Positions 59,972 through 64,000 of a DNA stretch of 64,000 nucleotides are shown here, one piece after another. The DNA is from an uncultured Actinomycetota bacterium. Its GTDB lineage: Bacteria > Actinomycetota > Actinomycetes > JAHEKZ01. The notes beneath the pieces are model-generated. The model did not search any database and was not told where the DNA came from. It saw nothing but the letters and a program-made list of their open reading frames with translations. The stretch is from NCBI GenBank assembly GCA_963718235.1, contig CAVQYR010000001.1:2016001-2080000 (forward strand), written 5' to 3'. A program made the position numbers and the translations under genes. How positions within the stretch are numbered: the first letter of the stretch is position 1; each line of letters opens with the position of its first letter.

Positions 59972-60796
59972 ATGTCCACCTGTTCGGAGGTCACCCGACA
60001 CGTGGGCGAGCCGCTCGCCGGTACGGCGTCGGTGTCGGAGGTCTGGATCGCCCTGGAACAACCTGGTCCGTGGGGCCGCAAGGCGCTGGTCGACAGCCAT
60101 CTGGACCCGGCGGTCGGCGCTGCCCTCACCGAACGCTGCACCGACCTGCCCGTCCGCGCAGTGACCATCCGCAGCATCGGCCGGCACGTCGACCTCGGTC
60201 CGCCGCGCCCACGCACGCTGCTTGTCGCCCGTACCAGTCGCTCCCCTCGACTGTGGCGGGCCGTCATCGACGACCCTCGCGCCGTGCTCGACCTCGACCT
60301 CGTGGCGCTGCTCGACGGTGGTGAGTCGTCGGTGGGTGACCCAGTGACCGGGTCCGTGGTCCTCGTCTGCACGAACGGACGTCGTGACCAGTGCTGCGCG
60401 CGCCGTGGCCGCGCTGCCGCCACTGAGCTCGCCGCCGCCGGGCACGACGTCTGGGAGTCCTCCCACCTCGGGGGGCACCGCTTCGCCCCGACCGTGCTCC
60501 GACTCCCCGACGGGTGGATGTTCGGGGGGCCGCAGGCCGCCGCCATGACCACGACGGCGTGTCGCGGACGCAGTGCGCTGCCTCCACCCGCCCAGGCCGC
60601 CGAGCTGCTCGTGCTGGGTCGACGCAGCGCCCGCGTCCCTGTCCCGCTGCCGGTGGTCACCATCGGGTCGCACCAGTTCGAAGTCGACGGCGTCCGGGTT
60701 CACGTGCGTGACGAGTTCGTCGCGCCGGACCGACCCGAGTCGTGCGGAGCGTCGCCCCTGCCGGCCGTGGCCCCCGTGGCTCGGCTCGTGCAGTGA
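59972..60796 (+). CDS. Sucrase/ferredoxin-like (thioredoxin-like 2Fe-2S) protein
   Basis: EPLAGTA, EQPGPWG, VCTNGRRDQCCA, WESSHLGGHRFAP. Confidence 0.85.
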   Translation: MSTCSEVTRHVGEPLAGTASVSEVWIALEQPGPWGRKALVDSHLDPAVGAALTERCTDLPVRAVTIRSIGRHVDLGPPRPRTLLVARTSRSPRLWRAVIDDPRAVLDLDLVALLDGGESSVGDPVTGSVVLVCTNGRRDQCCARRGRAAATELAAAGHDVWESSHLGGHRFAPTVLRLPDGWMFGGPQAAAMTTTACRGRSALPPPAQAAELLVLGRRSARVPVPLPVVTIGSHQFEVDGVRVHVRDEFVAPDRPESCGASPLPAVAPVARLVQ

Positions 60797-60841
60797 GCCG
60801 GGCAGGATGAGCACCGAAACCGTCCGTCGAGGAGGCAGCCC

Positions 60842-61399
60842 ATGGCCCTGCAGTCCGCGCTGGTCCCGCTGGGAACTCCGGCGCCCGACTTCACCCTGCC
60901 CGACCTGAGCGGACTCCGCCTCAGCCTGGGCGACTTGGCCCATCGGGACGTGCTGGTCGTGGTCTTCGCGTGCAACCACTGCCCCTACGTCCAGCACATC
61001 GAGACGGCGCTGGCCGCGCTGAGCAAGGAGTTCTCCGACGTCGCCTTCGTCGCGATCTGCAGCAACGACCCGCTCACGTACCCCGACGACGACCTCGATC
61101 ACCTCAGGGAGCAGGTCGAGCGTGCTGGATGGACCTTCCCCTACCTCGTCGACGAGAGCCAGGACGTCGCCCGCGCCTTCAGCGCGGTGTGCACGCCGGA
61201 CTTCTTCGTCTACGGGCCCGACCGCACTCTGGCCTACCGTGGGGCCTTCGACGCGTCGACCCCTGGGAACGGGCTGGTCGTCGACGGCTCCGCGCTTCGG
61301 GCGGCCCTGACCTGCCTGGCCGCAGGGCAGCGGGTCCCCGAGCCACACCGCCCGAGCCTGGGTTGCGGCATCAAGTGGAAGTCCGCTCTCCAGTCATGA
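60842..61399 (+). CDS. Thioredoxin-family (AhpC/TSA-like) protein
   Basis: CNHCPYV, AVCTPDFF, YRG.FD, PSLGCGIKW; SD GAGGAGG. Confidence 0.88.
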   Translation: MALQSALVPLGTPAPDFTLPDLSGLRLSLGDLAHRDVLVVVFACNHCPYVQHIETALAALSKEFSDVAFVAICSNDPLTYPDDDLDHLREQVERAGWTFPYLVDESQDVARAFSAVCTPDFFVYGPDRTLAYRGAFDASTPGNGLVVDGSALRAALTCLAAGQRVPEPHRPSLGCGIKWKSALQS

Positions 61400-61944
61400 T
61401 CGCTGAGGGAGCCTTCGACGACCTGCTCCGGGCCAACGAGGAGTTCGCCGCGACGTTCACCGACGGTGGCATGCCCGCGCGGGCGGCACGAGAGCTGGCC
61501 GTGATCACCTGCATGGACTCCCGCATTGACCCTTTCCGGATCCTCGGGCTGAGTGCCGGCGACGCGAAGATCCTCCGCAACGCCGGTGCACGCGTCACCG
61601 ACGACGTGCTGCGGACCCTCGTGCTCGCCGTCTACCTGCTCGGGGTCGAGCGGGTCCTGGTGATGCCGCACACCCACTGCCGGATGGCGGAGTCGACCGA
61701 ACAGGAGATCCACGCGATCATCACCGAGCAGTTCGCCGTGGACACCCGCAGCCTGGACTTCCACACCGATCCCGACCAGGTCGCGGCCCTCAAGCGCGAC
61801 CTGGTCAAGGTGCGCGCCTACCCGTTCATCCCCGACAGCGTCGCCGTCGGTGGAGCGATCTTCGATGTCGGCACGGGTCGGCTCGTCCCCGTTCCGCTCG
61901 ACGGCGAGGCGACACCGTCAGCTGCGTCGGCTGTACGCCCCTGA
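61396..61944 (+). CDS. Beta-class carbonic anhydrase
   Basis: TCMDSRI, RNAG, HTHC Zn ligands; ATGA overlap. Confidence 0.9.
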   Translation: MIAEGAFDDLLRANEEFAATFTDGGMPARAARELAVITCMDSRIDPFRILGLSAGDAKILRNAGARVTDDVLRTLVLAVYLLGVERVLVMPHTHCRMAESTEQEIHAIITEQFAVDTRSLDFHTDPDQVAALKRDLVKVRAYPFIPDSVAVGGAIFDVGTGRLVPVPLDGEATPSAASAVRP

Positions 61945-62187
61945 GCCGTAGGACGCAACGTCCAGGCAGACACCCAGACCGACCAGGAACCACCCGAACC
62001 CGGACACCCCGCCGAACGGCGCGTAGGCGATCGCCCAGAACAGGGCGGTCCACGGCAGGAAGACCAGCCCGAGCAGCTTGACCCAGAAGCTGTCGATCGA
62101 CTGGTCGACCTCGTTGGTGAAGATCCAGGCGAACAGGAACGCGACACGGGGGCCCACCAGGGCCATCAGGGCGAATACGCAGCACAC
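61918..62187 (-). CDS. Small hypothetical membrane protein
   Basis: Three TM segments, PR and LGLVFLPWT motifs; TACGGT-N7-GTG start. Confidence 0.7.
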   Translation of the reverse strand: MCCVFALMALVGPRVAFLFAWIFTNEVDQSIDSFWVKLLGLVFLPWTALFWAIAYAPFGGVSGFGWFLVGLGVCLDVASYGSGAYSRRS

Positions 62188-62205
62188 GGACGAGACCGTA
62201 TCGGT

Positions 62206-64000
62206 TCAGGCGTCGATCCGGGAGCGGTCCAGGCCCTGCGCCCCGTCGATGATGAACTCCCGCCGGGGAGCGACCTCATTGCCCATGAGCAGGTCGAAGA
62301 CCCCGGACGCAGCCTCGGCGTCGGACATCTGGATCCGGCGAAGCGTGCGGCGCCGAGGGTCCATGGTCGTCTCTCGCAGCTGCTCGGCGTCCATCTCCCC
62401 CAAGCCCTTGTACCGCTGGACCGGCTCCTTGATCCGCTTGCCCTTGCGGGTGAGGTCGGCCACCAGCTTCTTCATCTGGGCGTCGGAGTAGGCGTAGACG
62501 TACTCGTTCTTCTTGCCGCCACCGTGCACGACCTCGAGTCGGTGCAGCGGAGGCACCGCCGCGTAGACACGCTGCTGCTCGAGCAGCGGTCGCATGTAGC
62601 GGTGGAACAGGGTGAGCAGCAGCGTGCGGATGTGGGCGCCGTCGACATCGGCGTCGGTCATGATGATGACCTTGCCGTAGCGCACCGAGTCCGGGTCGAA
62701 GGTGCGCCCGGACCCGGCTCCGATCACCTGGATCAGCGAGGCGCACTCGCTGTTCTTCAGCATGTCGGACACCGAGGCTTTCTGGACGTTCAGGATCTTG
62801 CCCCGGATCGGCAGCAGGGCTTGGAACTCCGACGACCGGGCCAGCTTCGCCGTGCCGAGCGCCGAGTCACCCTCGACGATGAACAGCTCGGTGCGCTCGA
62901 CGTCGTCACTGCGGCAGTCGGCCAGCTTGGCCGGCAGCGAAGACGTCTCCAGCGCGTTCTTGCGTCGCTGGAGCTCCTTGTGCTGGCGGGCTGCGATCCT
63001 GGTGCGGGCTGCGCCGACGACCTTCTCCAGGATCGCGCGGGCCTGGGACTTCTCGCCGCGCTTGGTCGAGGTCAGCAGCTTGGTGAGCTCGCGGTGGACG
63101 ACGTGGCTGACGATCCGGGTGGCGGCCGACGTACCGAGGATCTCCTTGGTCTGGCCCTCGAACTGCGGCTCGGCCAGGCGCACCGTGACCACCGCCGTGA
63201 GGCCCTCGAGGGCGTCGTCCTTGACGATCGGGTCGTCGGCCACCTTCAGCAGCTTGGTGGCGCGCAGCTGCTCGTTGAGGGTGCGCACCAGCCCTCGCTC
63301 GAAGCCGGTCGCGTGCGTGCCGCCCTTCGGGGTGGCGATGATGTTGACGAACGACCGAACGACCGTGTCGTACCCGGTGCCCCACCGCAGGGCGAGGTCG
63401 ACGGTGAGCTCGCGCTCGACCTCCTTGGGGGTCATGTGCCCTTTGGTGTCGAGCACGGGCACGGTCTCGTGGAAGTGCCCGACCCCGTGCAGCCGCACCA
63501 CACCGCTCACCGCTTCGTCGGGAGCCAGGAACTCGACGAACTCGCTGATCCCGCCGTCGAACCTGAACTGCTCCTCCGAGGGCTCGGACGACCGCTCGTC
63601 TCGCACGATGATGGTGAGGCCGGGCACCAGGAACGCGGTCTGCCGGGCCCGGGTGTGCAGCTCGTCGACCGACACGGAGGCGTCGGGCAGGAAGATCTCC
63701 CGGTCGGCCCAGTAACGCACTCGGGTGCCGGTGCGCTTGCGCGCGACCTTGCCCAGCGCCCGCAGGCCGGACCGCTTGACGAAGACTGCGTCCGGCTCAC
63801 CGCCGGCGAAGTCCCCGGGGACTCCGCGGCGAAAGCTCATGGCGTGAACCACGCCTTCGCGGTCGACCTCCACGTCGAGCCGGGAGCTCAGGGCGTTGAC
63901 GACTGAGGCGCCCACCCCGTGCAGCCCTCCGGAGGCCCCGTAGGAGCCGCCGCCGAACTTCCCACCGGCATGGAGGCGAGTCATGACAACCTCTACGCCG
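62206..64000 (-). CDS. parE: DNA topoisomerase IV subunit B (GyrB-like), 5' truncated by window
   Basis: LHAGGKF, GLHGVG, FEGQTK, VEGDSA, PIRGKILN, TDADVDG, RYKGLGEM. Confidence 0.92.
   Translation of the reverse strand, partial: GVEVVMTRLHAGGKFGGGSYGASGGLHGVGASVVNALSSRLDVEVDREGVVHAMSFRRGVPGDFAGGEPDAVFVKRSGLRALGKVARKRTGTRVRYWADREIFLPDASVSVDELHTRARQTAFLVPGLTIIVRDERSSEPSEEQFRFDGGISEFVEFLAPDEAVSGVVRLHGVGHFHETVPVLDTKGHMTPKEVERELTVDLALRWGTGYDTVVRSFVNIIATPKGGTHATGFERGLVRTLNEQLRATKLLKVADDPIVKDDALEGLTAVVTVRLAEPQFEGQTKEILGTSAATRIVSHVVHRELTKLLTSTKRGEKSQARAILEKVVGAARTRIAARQHKELQRRKNALETSSLPAKLADCRSDDVERTELFIVEGDSALGTAKLARSSEFQALLPIRGKILNVQKASVSDMLKNSECASLIQVIGAGSGRTFDPDSVRYGKVIIMTDADVDGAHIRTLLLTLFHRYMRPLLEQQRVYAAVPPLHRLEVVHGGGKKNEYVYAYSDAQMKKLVADLTRKGKRIKEPVQRYKGLGEMDAEQLRETTMDPRRRTLRRIQMSDAEAASGVFDLLMGNEVAPRREFIIDGAQGLDRSRIDA

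Noticed and set aside
56937-64000. DNA gyrase gyrA/gyrB
   Set aside because: The convergent, separated arrangement away from dnaA/recF matches actinobacterial topoisomerase IV rather than the gyrBA operon

Overview
High-GC Actinomycetota chromosomal segment that is almost entirely core genome, with about 64 CDS. It contains the end of a B12-type diol dehydratase cluster, zapE, ligC and Prim-PolC, msrB, the coproporphyrin-dependent heme genes (hemE, hemY, hemQ, hemH), rnd, efeU, fadAB, dxs, acnA, a KimA-like permease with ceoBC, the dut/DUF3710/DUF3159 block, suhB, sepH, a Pat-type acetyltransferase, psuG with a PfkB kinase, and convergent topoisomerase IV genes parC/parE. I saw no rRNA, tRNA, CRISPR array, integrase, transposase or prophage, and no clearly new multi-gene system. 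The best leads are: (1) a kinase-M23-PLP lyase triple fusion with intact Zn motifs; (2) a DUF2252 protein with a histone-H1-like tail; (3) an IdeR box controlling efeU coupled to an AlkD-like gene; (4) an M23 peptidase coupled to parC; (5) a probable CTG start codon; (6) a probable +1 frameshift; (7) pervasive leaderless gene starts; (8) several operator-like repeats. All family calls come from motif recognition by eye, not from database searches.
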